Positions 10,825 to 20,300 of a stretch of DNA of 64,000 nt are shown here, piece after piece (position 1 is the first letter of the stretch; each line of letters starts with the position of its first letter). The DNA lies in the NCBI GenBank assembly GCA_963769025.1, contig CAVYKI010000003.1, positions 416,001-480,000 of the forward strand, in the 5' to 3' direction. The notes beneath the pieces were generated by a model. It did no database searches and had not been told where the DNA came from. It saw only the letters and a program-made list of their open reading frames with translations. Origin of the DNA: an uncultured Verrucomicrobiae bacterium (lineage in GTDB: Bacteria > Verrucomicrobiota > Verrucomicrobiia > Chthoniobacterales > Chthoniobacteraceae). The translations under genes were made by a program, and so were the position numbers.

Positions 10825-11826
10825 CTACGGCGCGAGGATTTCCGGCAGCAGGTAAAGCCGTCCCGGCTGGAGCTGCAGCGCCGACTGCGGCCCGAGGTTG
10901 ATCTCCACGCGCTTCGAGCTGTCCGCCTTGCCGAAAAGGCGAAGGTATTTGCTGAGCGGCTCGACGATGCGGTACTCCACGACCGTGGCTCCCGGCGCCA
11001 CGCCGAGTTCCATCGCCTTGCTCACCGCCGCGTCGAAATCGCCGAGGCCATCGATCAGCTTCGCCTCCAGCGCATCCTTGCCGGAAAGGATGCGGCCGTC
11101 GGCGACGCCGTTGCGCAGCGCGTCCTCCGGCAGCTTGCGCTCGGCGGCGACGATGCCGACGAATTTTCCGTACGTCTGCATCACGAGGGCCTGCACATAC
11201 ACGCTTTCTTCCGGCGTGATCGGACGCGAACCGCTGAGCATGTCCTTCATCTTGCCGCTCTTGAACGTCACCATTTGCAGCCCGATTTTCCCGAAAAGCT
11301 CGCCGTAGTTCAGCGTCTGCATGATCACGCCGATGCTGCCGGTGAAGGTCGTGTCGTGCGCGATGATGTAGCTGCCGCCGAGCGCCGCATAGTAGCCGCC
11401 GCTCGCCGCCATCGCACCCATGCTCACGATGACTTTCTTCCGGTCACGCGCCTTGCGGATGATGTTGTAGAGGTCGTCGCTCGCGGTGACTTCGCCGCCG
11501 GGCGAGTCGATCGCCAGCACGATCGCGCGCACGTCCTTGTCGTCGAGCGCCTGCTTGAACGCCTGCCTGATGTCTTCCGGCGTCGCGCCAATGCCGAATG
11601 CCGTTTCGTCGCTGGAAATGACGCCGCCGAGACGGATGACGGCGATCTTTGCCTTCACGGTGGGTGTGCCTTCGGTGAGCACCGTCTCGCGGAATTTGCG
11701 GGAGCCACCCGGCAGGCTGCCCGCCACCTCGCCGACGAGAAAGAGGAGATTGAAAAGCAGACTGAGGCACAGCAGCACCACGATGAATACACCGAGGCAG
11801 CCGAAGCGTTTTTCCGAGGAAGGCAT
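10825..11826 (-). CDS. sppA: Signal peptide peptidase SppA (36K type)
   Basis: DSPGG, AASGGYY, TGSIGV, KSGKMKD, ADGRI. Confidence 0.92.
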   Translation of the reverse strand: MPSSEKRFGCLGVFIVVLLCLSLLFNLLFLVGEVAGSLPGGSRKFRETVLTEGTPTVKAKIAVIRLGGVISSDETAFGIGATPEDIRQAFKQALDDKDVRAIVLAIDSPGGEVTASDDLYNIIRKARDRKKVIVSMGAMAASGGYYAALGGSYIIAHDTTFTGSIGVIMQTLNYGELFGKIGLQMVTFKSGKMKDMLSGSRPITPEESVYVQALVMQTYGKFVGIVAAERKLPEDALRNGVADGRILSGKDALEAKLIDGLGDFDAAVSKAMELGVAPGATVVEYRIVEPLSKYLRLFGKADSSKRVEINLGPQSALQLQPGRLYLLPEILAP

Positions 11827-11936
11827 CCGGCGACAGTGGTTATGAGTGCCGGATTACGCAAGCCCCACGGATTTGCCGCCAGGATTTAACCGCGCTCGAC
11901 TTTTGCCGCCGCAAAACGCCACAACCCCCGTGACGT

Positions 11937-13162
11937 ATGAAGGCGCTTTTTCTCACCAACGAATTTCCACCCACCATCTACGGCGGCGCTGGCGTGCATG
12001 TGGAATATCTCTCGCGCGAACTCGCGAAGCTCATCTCGCTCGAAGTCCGCTGCTACGGCAAGGAAGCGCGCGAGCATCGCATCGACACGCCGACGCTGAA
12101 GGCCACCGGCTATGGCTGCGACACCTCGGCCTACACCGCGCCGAAGCCGCTGCACTCCGTCTTCGCCGCCGTGCAGCGCGGCGTGGACTGGAACACCACG
12201 GCCATCGACGCCGACCTCGTCCACCTGCACACGTGGTACACGCACTTCGGCGGCATCCTCGCGAAGCTCAACTACGGCATCCCGCTCGTGCTCACCGTCC
12301 ACTCGCTCGAGCCGCTGCGCCCGTGGAAGCGCGAGCAGCTCGCCGGCGGCTACGATTTCTCCTGCTGGGTGGAAAAGACCGCGATGGAAATGGCCGACGC
12401 CGTCATCGCCGTTTCGCGCGAGACGCGCGACGACATCCTGCGCCTTTTCGACGTGAAGCCGCGAGCGCGTGCCGGTCATCCACAACGGCATCGACCTCGA
12501 CGAATACCGCCGCGTGAAGACCACCGCCGCGCTGGAAAAATACGGCGTGAATCCGCGCGAGCCCTACGTGCTCTTCGTCGGCCGCATCACGCGGCAAAAG
12601 GGAATCATCCACCTCGTCCGCGCCATCGAGCACATGACTCCGGGCATCCAGGTCGTCCTGTGCGCGGGCGCGCCGGACACGCCGGAGATCGCCGCCGAGA
12701 TGAAGGCCGCCGTCGGCGCCGCGCAGGCGAAGCACGGCAACGTCGTCTGGATCGATCAGATGGTGAGCAACACCGAGAAGATCGAGCTCTACAGCCACGC
12801 CGCCGTCTTCTGCTGCCCGTCGATTTACGAGCCGTTTGGCATCATCAATCTCGAGGCGATGGCCTGCGAGACCGCCGTCGTCGCGAGCGCCGTCGGCGGG
12901 ATCAAGGAAGTCGTCGTCGAGGGCGAGACCGGCTTCCTCGTTCCGCTCGAGCAGATGACCGAGAGCCCGTTTGAAGCCGCTCGACCCCGAGCGGTTCGCG
13001 CGCGACCTCGCCTCGCGCGTCAACCAGCTCATGGCCGACCCCGCCATGCGCGCCCGCATGGCCGCCGCCGGACGCAAGCGCGCCGAGGAGCACTTCGCCT
13101 GGGGCGCGATCGCAAAGCGTACCGTGGAGTTGTACGAGACCCTCGTGAAACGGCCGCACTGA
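11937..13162 (+). CDS. glgA: GT4 glycogen synthase of the actinobacterial type (GlgM, maltose-1-phosphate synthase-like); frameshifted
   Basis: TNEFPPTIYGGAGVHVEYL, HTWY, HSLEPLRPWKREQL, FVGRITRQKG, YEPFGIINLEAMAC across three frames. Confidence 0.88.
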
Positions 13163-13248
13163 CCGCGACGCGTGCGGAGTCCCATCGCCGGAAAACTTTT
13201 TGAAGCCAGGACGTGATTCTTTCACCGCGAACTCACAATGTCGGCGTC

Positions 13249-13905
13249 ATGCTGATTCGTTTCCTCCTGCTGCTCACAATGCTCCCGCTTTCAACGCGCG
13301 CCGGTGTCCCGGCGAAACCGGCAACGGCGGTGGTGTTTGGCGATTCAATCACCGAAGGCGGCGCGCTGCCGAAGGAACAGCGGGACCGCGCGTGGGTGCG
13401 CGTGGTGGAACGCGAGGCAAAAGGCGCGCTGACGGTGATCAACGAGGGCAAGGGCGGCCGGCCCACGCAGTCGGTGCCTGAATTTGAGACAATGCTGACA
13501 CGGCAGCCGCGCGCGGATTTCCTCGTGCTCGCGCTCGGCACGAACGACTCGCGGGACATCACGAAGGACTGCGTGCCAAAGGCGGTCGCGAACCTGCGCA
13601 AAATGATCGAGCGCGCACGTCTGACCTACGGCCCGAAGACAGCGGTGCTGCTCGTCGGCCCGCCGAACATCAACAAGTCCGCGCTCGTCGCGACGAAGCC
13701 CATCGCCAATGAACGCGAGGCCAAGCTGCGCGAACTCGGCGACGCCTTTGCCGCCCTCGCAAAGGAAACCGGCTGCGACTTCGTCAGCCTTTTCGGCGCA
13801 GTTCCCGAGGGCAGCATGACGAAGGACGGCGTGCATCCCGATCCCGCCGGCAATGAAGCCATCGCACGCGTGATTTTGCCGAAGCTGACAGCGAAGCAGC
13901 GATGA
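13249..13905 (+). CDS. SGNH/GDSL hydrolase, secreted
   Basis: GDSITEG, NEGKGG, GTND, DGVHP; signal peptide. Confidence 0.88.
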   Translation: MLIRFLLLLTMLPLSTRAGVPAKPATAVVFGDSITEGGALPKEQRDRAWVRVVEREAKGALTVINEGKGGRPTQSVPEFETMLTRQPRADFLVLALGTNDSRDITKDCVPKAVANLRKMIERARLTYGPKTAVLLVGPPNINKSALVATKPIANEREAKLRELGDAFAALAKETGCDFVSLFGAVPEGSMTKDGVHPDPAGNEAIARVILPKLTAKQR

Positions 13906-13952
13906 GGGTGCGCAGTTGGCAAGCGCCGGACCTGTGCTAGGAACTGCCGCCC

Positions 13953-14141
13953 ATGTTTCGCATCACCATCCTGCTTTTCGCCCTCGGCTCCGCTCGCGCC
14001 GCGCGCGAGTTCGATCGGCGGCGCGCTGCGTTCGCCTTTTCCGATGACACGGTGCCGAACTGGGAGGTGACCCGCGACGGCGGCGCTTCTACTGACCCGG
14101 CGGCGAACGCATTCCCCGTTTACGACCGGCCACTCCACTAA
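13953..14141 (+). CDS. Small hypothetical protein with signal-peptide-like N-terminus
   Basis: 62-aa ORF fills the gap; its TAA directly abuts the antiporter ATG. Confidence 0.35.
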   Translation: MFRITILLFALGSARAAREFDRRRAAFAFSDDTVPNWEVTRDGGASTDPAANAFPVYDRPLH

Positions 14142-15434
14142 ATGATCCTCGCCTCCGCCTCCGTCACGCCCACGCCCGTCTGGCTCATCGCGCCGTTTGC
14201 GCTGCTGCTGCTCTGCATTGCGGTCGGGCCGCTCGCGTTTCCGCATTTCTGGCACAAGCGCTACCCTCTCATCGCCGCGGGACTCGCCCTGATCAGCGCG
14301 GTCTTCCAGGTCGCGCTTTCCGGCAGCTTTTCGCCGTTGCTGCACGCGCTGGAGGAATACGCGGGGTTCATCGCGCTCATCGCGTCGCTTTACATCGTGT
14401 CGGGCGGCATCCACATCCGCGTGAAGGGCGAGGCAACGCCCTTCGCGAACTGCGTGTTCCTCGCCATCGGCGCGGTGCTCGCGAACATCATCGGCACGAC
14501 GGGCGCCTCGATGCTGCTCATCCGCCCGTGGATCCGGATGAACAAATACCGCATCACGGCGTTCCACATCGTCTTCTTCATCTTCATCGTCAGCAACGTC
14601 GGCGGCTGCCTCACGCCCATCGGCGACCCGCCGCTCTACATGGGCTATTTGAAAGGCGTGCCGTTTTTCTGGGTGCTCACCCACTGCTGGCAGGGCTGGC
14701 TCGTCGCCGTCGCGGGGCTCATCGCGATCTTCGCCGTCTTCGACCGGAAAAACTTCCTCCGCGCGCCGCGAGACATCCGCGAGATGGAGACCGCGCATGA
14801 GACGTGGACATTCCGCGGGCTGCCGAACCTGCTTTTCCTCGGCGTGATCCTCTTCGCCGTGCTGGTGCTGCCGATCGGATGGCGCGAAGGCGCGATGGTC
14901 GCCGCGGCGCTCGGCTCGTGGTTCACGACGAATCGCGAAATTCACCAACTGAACGACTTTGCATGGGAGCCGGTGAAGGAGGTCGCGTGGCTCTTCATCG
15001 GCATCTTCATCACGATGACCCCGGCGCTCAGCTATCTGCAGGTGAACCCGCCGCCGCTCAGCAGCGCGCACGAGTATTACTGGGCGACCGGAGTGCTTTC
15101 GGCGTGCCTCGACAACGCGCCCACGTACCTGGCCTTCCTCGCGACCGCGCTCGGGCAGGTGCAGCTTTCCATGGATCGCGTCGCGGACATCCAGCAATTC
15201 GCCAGCATGCACGCGGGAAAACTCGAGGCCATATCACTCGGCGCGGTGTTCTTCGGCGCGATGACCTACATCGGCAACGGGCCGAATTTCATGGTGAAGG
15301 CGATCGCCGAGCACGCAAAGGTCCGCACGCCGACCTTCCTCGGATACATCGTGCGATACGCGATCCCGATCCTGCTGCCGTTCCTCGCGCTCATCGGCAT
15401 CCTGTTCTTCTCGCGCTGGCACATCTTCGGGTAA
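14142..15434 (+). CDS. Putative sodium:proton antiporter (IT superfamily, NhaD/CitMHS_2-like)
   Basis: Many TM helices; GTTGASMLLIRP, SNVGGCLTPIGDPPL, LDNAPTY, TYIGNGPN. Confidence 0.82.
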   Translation: MILASASVTPTPVWLIAPFALLLLCIAVGPLAFPHFWHKRYPLIAAGLALISAVFQVALSGSFSPLLHALEEYAGFIALIASLYIVSGGIHIRVKGEATPFANCVFLAIGAVLANIIGTTGASMLLIRPWIRMNKYRITAFHIVFFIFIVSNVGGCLTPIGDPPLYMGYLKGVPFFWVLTHCWQGWLVAVAGLIAIFAVFDRKNFLRAPRDIREMETAHETWTFRGLPNLLFLGVILFAVLVLPIGWREGAMVAAALGSWFTTNREIHQLNDFAWEPVKEVAWLFIGIFITMTPALSYLQVNPPPLSSAHEYYWATGVLSACLDNAPTYLAFLATALGQVQLSMDRVADIQQFASMHAGKLEAISLGAVFFGAMTYIGNGPNFMVKAIAEHAKVRTPTFLGYIVRYAIPILLPFLALIGILFFSRWHIFG

Positions 15435-15443
15435 GGTCACGGC

Positions 15444-16050
15444 ATGTTCACCGGACTGGTCCTCGAAACCGGCGAGATTCTCTCGCTCGAGCGCACGGGA
15501 GAAAGTGCGCGCCTCACGCTGCGCGCACCCGTCGCCGGGCCTACCGCGCAAATCGGCGACAGCATCGCGGTGAATGGCTGCTGCCTCACTGTCACCGAAC
15601 GCGACGGCGAGCGGCTCACCTTTGATCTCCTCGCGGAAACACTGCGCCTCACGAATCTCGGCGAGCCTCGCGGACGGCGCGCGCGTGAACCTCGAACCCG
15701 CGCTCGGCGCTGGCGCGAAGCTCGGCGGGCATTTCGTGCAGGGCCATGTGGACACGACGGCGGAGGTGCTGGACTTCTCGCCGCACGCGCAGGACTTCCG
15801 GCTCGAGATCGCGCTGCCTTCGGACTTCGCGCAGTATGTCGCATTCAAGGGCAGCATCGCCGTGGACGGCATCAGCCTCACGGTCGCGGAAGTGCGCGAC
15901 GGAAATGCGGCGAGCTTCGTGTGCTGGATCATCCCGCACACGCGCGAAGTCACGAATCTCGCCGTGCGGCGCAAGGGCGGGCGCGTGAATCTCGAATTCG
16001 ACCTGCTCGCGAAATACGTCGAGCGCATCGTCGCGCGACAGCGGGAATGA
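15444..16050 (+). CDS. ribE: Riboflavin synthase (one frameshift)
   Basis: MFTG N-terminus, GDSIAVNGCCLTV, GGHFVQGHVD, KGSIAVDGISLTV, VNLEFD. Confidence 0.93.
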
Positions 16051-16053
16051 ACT

Positions 16054-16101
16054 GGATGGACCCGATGGACTCGCGCAAAGGCGCAAAGGCGCAAGGCAAA
16101 G
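16054..16101 (+). repeat. Short tandem repeats (GATGGAC x2; GCGCAAAG x~3)
   Basis: ggatggacccgatggactcgcgcaaaggcgcaaaggcgcaaggcaaag. Confidence 0.6.
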
Positions 16102-16112
16102 GGGTGCCCGTC

Positions 16113-16197
16113 CCCGTAGCCGCCGAGGGAACGAGGCGGGCTGATTTTTCTTCCGCGTTGCAGAAAGTGCCCGCCTCCTTCCGTCGGCGGCTACGGG
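16113..16197. repeat. REP/REPIN-like inverted repeat (GTAG type)
   Basis: 29-bp arms CCCGTAGCCGCCGAGGGAACGAGGCGGGC / GCCCGCCTCCTTCCGTCGGCGGCTACGGG with 2 mismatches. Confidence 0.75.
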
Positions 16198-16198
16198 A

Positions 16199-16637
16199 AT
16201 GATCCGCCCCATCGCCGCCGCTGAGACAATCGCCGTGCGCTGGCCCGTGCTGCGTCCGGGCTTTCCGCGCGAGACGGCGATCTTCGATGGCGACGACGCG
16301 CCGGCCACGCTGCACTTCGGCGCGTTCGACGGCGAACGGCTCGTCGGCGTCGCATCCATCTACGCTCGCGCCCTGCCCGGAAATGCCGGACGTGTCGCCC
16401 GCATGGCAGCTCCGCGGAATGGCTACGCTGCCCGAAGTGCAAGGCGCCGGATTCGGCAAGGCGCTGCTCGATGCGTGCGTGACGGCGGCGCGGAAAAATG
16501 GCGCGGCGCTCCTCTGGTGCAACGCACGGACCTCCGCCGCCGCATTTTACTCAAAGAACGGCTGGGAAATCGTCGGCGGGGAATTCGACATCCCGACCGT
16601 CGGCCCGCACTTCCGGATGCTGCTCGCGCTGCGGTGA
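16199..16637 (+). CDS. GNAT N-acetyltransferase (one frameshift)
   Basis: VLRPG, HFGAF, WQLRGMATLPEVQGAGFG, LWCNAR, GPHFRM. Confidence 0.85.
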
Positions 16638-16640
16638 GCG

Positions 16641-19130
16641 CTACTGCCGCTCGACCTCGTACCAGAGCGTCTTGAATCGCGGGCCGATTTCCAAGGTGGC
16701 GCCCGCGACAGGAATCTCCTCACGCCGCTGCCCGCATTCGTCGAGTGCCCACGCCTTGAATTTCCCGCCGCCGGGAAGCTCGATCTTCGCCGCCGGGCCT
16801 TCGACGAGGACGGGCGCCTTCCCCCAATCGCGCCCCACGCTCGTCTTCTCCGCATTCTTCCAGCCCATGCCGGTGTTCTCGATGTCGCCGGTGGCGGTGA
16901 TGAGAGCACGCTTCGCGTTGTCTGATTTAGTGCTCTCGATCACCGTCCATTGGATGCACATCCATTTTTGGCGTCTGCTCTTGGGCTCCACGAAAAGGGA
17001 TCCAATCTTTTGCTTTTCACCCGTCGTGCGCCCCACCCAGGACTTCGAGTAGATTCTATCCACACTGGCGAATCGCGATGCAGAATCCCAGCGCGCGCGG
17101 TGATCAGTCGCATTCTTCATCGTCCACGTCTCCTCTTCGCCTCCGGATCCGAGCTTGTGAGAAAGAAAATGCTTGAAAAGATCCCCCGGCGCTTCGATTC
17201 CGCCGCGCACAAGTGACGGCCCTCGTCTCAGAGCCAGCTCCACGATCTTGTCCTTTCCGATCACGGCAGTCTTGGGTGACGACGACGGCTCAATATCCCC
17301 CCGCCGAAAACTGATCACCGCCCCCGGCAGCGTCGCCATTTTCACGGTGTGGCGGTCGATGTCGAAGAAGTTGTTGAAGTAATCCTGCGCCCATTCGCCT
17401 GCGCCGCGGTGGCTGTAGCTGAAGGCGAAGACGCCGTCCCAATCCTGCAGCGCGGCGAAGGCGCACAGCAGCGGGAAGGTCTCGGCGGAATACGTGTTCG
17501 GCGCGGGGTGATTGTATTCGGTGCAGATGAAGGGCTTGCCCGCCACGCGCTGCGCGGCGAGGCCGGGGAGCGTGCCGCCGTCGGGCGCGCCGGCCATGGG
17601 CTCGTTCTTCACGTCCCACACGTCGGCGTTCCAGCCGCGGCCGTGGAAGTCGGGGTGATGCCAGTAGGCGTGCGAATCAATGACATCCATGCCCGCCTGC
17701 ACGTGGCCGGGGCTCCAGAATCCCTGCGTGCCGACGATGGGCGCCTTCACGCCGAGATCCTTTTTCAAAAAGTCGCGCATGCCGTTCCAGTAGGCGGTCT
17801 CGGTGTCCCAGATGAATTCCTGCCAGTCGCGCTGCTTGGCAAAGGTGGTGCGGGCGAGGTCGCGCTTGCGGAGCATCGGCACGCTGCCTTTCTCACCTCG
17901 CACAAACGAACCGTCCACCGCCGCGGTGCGCAGCGAGAAGCCGGTGAACTCGAACGCGCCGGCGGCCATGCCCATGCCGCCGATGGTGAGGCGGGCGTTG
18001 TCATCGGCGGCGGTGACTTTGATCGTCGCGGAGACTTCGCGAAAGTCGGCGCCGGCCTTCACGTTCGCGGAGCCGAGGACTTTCCACGGCTCGTGCGACT
18101 GCATGAGGGAGACGGAGAGGCTTGTGCCCTGCGCAGCTTTCACACGGAAGCGCACTTCGTAGCTCTCCGCCTTCACTGCGAGCGGGGCGGCGGAGAACTG
18201 GACGTGCCACGGCTCGGTGCCGGGCTTGGTGACGTGCACGGTGATGACGCCGTCCTTCTCCGAATGCGTCTGCTCCGCGCCGGCGTGCTGCTCGAAGTTC
18301 CACTTCGGCCCGGAAAGAATCTCCGGGCCGGCTTCGCGTGCGCCTTCGCGCCACACCTCGCGCTTGGCGTCCGCCCAGTATTTTTTCGTGATCCACGCGC
18401 CATACAGTGACTCCAGCTCCTCGCGATACGGCGCGGGGAGGTCGTCCATCTCCCCGGCCCACCACTGGAAGCCGAGGGCGTTCTCGTTGTTGATTTCCAC
18501 GAGCGCGACGGCGGGTTCGTCGGCGTAGCGGTTGCCGGTGTAGGCGTTCACGTGCGTGAGCAGGTCGCGCGCGTAGTCCTTCTGCAGCGCGATCATCGCG
18601 GCGCAGAAATTGTCCACGCCCTTGTCGAATTCGGGATTCCCCTTTTTCTCCTCGCGCGGGCGGTCGGGGTAGGTGCGCGAGACGTGCAGGTTCAGGTCGG
18701 CGTAGATGCCGTTCTTCTTCAGCTCGGCGATGAAGAAATCGAGCCGGTCGAGCTGGCCGGGGTCGAGCGTGCGTCCGTCCTTGGCGAAGATTCCGGCAGG
18801 CGCGCTGAACATGTCCATGTGGTGGAAGCGCACGCAATTGATGCCGAACTTCGCCATACGCGCGGCGACCTTCGGCGCCATGTCCTTGTCCGGGAAATTT
18901 GCGGCGAAGCACGTGTTCACGCCGAAGATGCGCAGGCGCTTTTCGCCGGCAAATAGATGGCCGTCCTTCACGTGGACGAAGCCGTCGCGGCCCGCAGGCT
19001 TGTCGTTGAGCCACGCGATGTTCGTGGCCGATTCGCTCGCGTCGTCCCACGGCAAGACGAACGGAAAAAGATCGGCCGCGTTGGCCGCGGCGGCGAGGGC
19101 GAGAACGGCGAGGAGGGGCGCGAGATGCAC
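16641..19130 (-). CDS. Secreted clan GH-A (GH5-like) glycoside hydrolase with inserted CBM4/9-like domain
   Basis: GINCVRFHHMD, EINNEN (acid/base), CTEYN (nucleophile), LQDWDG; central WHVQF..QSHEPW CBM-like segment; GTG start inferred. Confidence 0.75.
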   Translation of the reverse strand: MHLAPLLAVLALAAAANAADLFPFVLPWDDASESATNIAWLNDKPAGRDGFVHVKDGHLFAGEKRLRIFGVNTCFAANFPDKDMAPKVAARMAKFGINCVRFHHMDMFSAPAGIFAKDGRTLDPGQLDRLDFFIAELKKNGIYADLNLHVSRTYPDRPREEKKGNPEFDKGVDNFCAAMIALQKDYARDLLTHVNAYTGNRYADEPAVALVEINNENALGFQWWAGEMDDLPAPYREELESLYGAWITKKYWADAKREVWREGAREAGPEILSGPKWNFEQHAGAEQTHSEKDGVITVHVTKPGTEPWHVQFSAAPLAVKAESYEVRFRVKAAQGTSLSVSLMQSHEPWKVLGSANVKAGADFREVSATIKVTAADDNARLTIGGMGMAAGAFEFTGFSLRTAAVDGSFVRGEKGSVPMLRKRDLARTTFAKQRDWQEFIWDTETAYWNGMRDFLKKDLGVKAPIVGTQGFWSPGHVQAGMDVIDSHAYWHHPDFHGRGWNADVWDVKNEPMAGAPDGGTLPGLAAQRVAGKPFICTEYNHPAPNTYSAETFPLLCAFAALQDWDGVFAFSYSHRGAGEWAQDYFNNFFDIDRHTVKMATLPGAVISFRRGDIEPSSSPKTAVIGKDKIVELALRRGPSLVRGGIEAPGDLFKHFLSHKLGSGGEEETWTMKNATDHRARWDSASRFASVDRIYSKSWVGRTTGEKQKIGSLFVEPKSRRQKWMCIQWTVIESTKSDNAKRALITATGDIENTGMGWKNAEKTSVGRDWGKAPVLVEGPAAKIELPGGGKFKAWALDECGQRREEIPVAGATLEIGPRFKTLWYEVERQ

Positions 19131-19255
19131 GGGATGAGTCTGGGCAGAGGATCTCCGGGACACAAGCCGGGCCGCTCCCTTGCGCTGACGGCGCTTCGGG
19201 ATTAAAATAAACAAATATCCCGGTCAGTGACGCCTCTCTTTCACAACCTCTCTGC

Positions 19256-20281
19256 ATGAACACGCTGCTCCGCCACCTCGGTGCCCTCCTCGCTTTCGTT
19301 TTCGTCGCAGCCGCGCCCGTCCAGGCTTTCACCGTCGCGCAGATGAAGGAGATGGAGGTGAAAGTGAAGAAGCTCGTCGCGACAAACATGCCGGCGGTCG
19401 TTTCGCTCATTGGCGAAAAGGTGGCCGGCGCGGGCTCGGGAGTCGTCGTTTCGGCGGATGGATTGATCCTCACGGCGGGGCACGTCACGGTCGGCAATGA
19501 CACGATGATCGTCGTTTTCCCCGACGGGAGACAGGCGAAGTGCAAGGTGCTCGGCGCGGATTACACTCGCGATGTGGGGCTCGCGAAAATCATCGAACCG
19601 GGAAAATATGCGTTCGCGGAACTGGGCGACTCGGACAAGTTGGAGACGACCAGCATCGTCATCGCGCTCGGGCATCCCGGTGGCTACGACGTGCGGCGCA
19701 CGCCGCCGGCGCGCATCGGGCGCATCAGCAGCAAGAATGCGGGCGGATTCCTCATGAGCGACTGCACGCTGATCGGCGGCGACTCCGGCGGCCCGCTCTT
19801 CGATCTCGATGGCAAGGTCGTCGGCATCCACTCATCCATTTCGGAAAGCCTGAGCTATAACCGCGATGCGCCCGTCAACGCGGCGAAGGTCTCGTGGGAA
19901 AAGATGCTCAAGGGCGAGCGGTGGGGAAAAATCCCCGGGCAGCGTCCGTCTCCCTTCAGCAGGCGGCAGACGGGTGGCAAGGCCGTGCTCGGAGCGGTCT
20001 TCGACACCTCGGGCTCCGGCGGCACGGTGCTGAAGGAAGTGATGCCAAAGTCCCCGCTCGAAGCCGCGGGAGCCCGGCCGGGCGACGTGATCCTCCGCAT
20101 TGGCGGCGAGGAAATGACGACCAGCGAGGCGGTGGCCGCGAAAATCGGCAAGGCGAGGCCCGGCGACCGGCTTGCGCTCGTTTACCGCCGTGGCGACGAG
20201 GAGAAGCGGACCGAAGTCGCATTGATTTCCGAGGCCGAAATGCTCAAGCGCATGGAATCCGCCGCACCGCAAAAACCGTAA
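19256..20281 (+). CDS. HtrA/S1C trypsin-like serine protease with C-terminal PDZ
   Basis: GSG..TAGHV, D, GDSGGP intact triad; signal peptide. Confidence 0.9.
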   Translation: MNTLLRHLGALLAFVFVAAAPVQAFTVAQMKEMEVKVKKLVATNMPAVVSLIGEKVAGAGSGVVVSADGLILTAGHVTVGNDTMIVVFPDGRQAKCKVLGADYTRDVGLAKIIEPGKYAFAELGDSDKLETTSIVIALGHPGGYDVRRTPPARIGRISSKNAGGFLMSDCTLIGGDSGGPLFDLDGKVVGIHSSISESLSYNRDAPVNAAKVSWEKMLKGERWGKIPGQRPSPFSRRQTGGKAVLGAVFDTSGSGGTVLKEVMPKSPLEAAGARPGDVILRIGGEEMTTSEAVAAKIGKARPGDRLALVYRRGDEEKRTEVALISEAEMLKRMESAAPQKP

Positions 20282-20300
20282 CCCTTCCCAACACCTGCCC

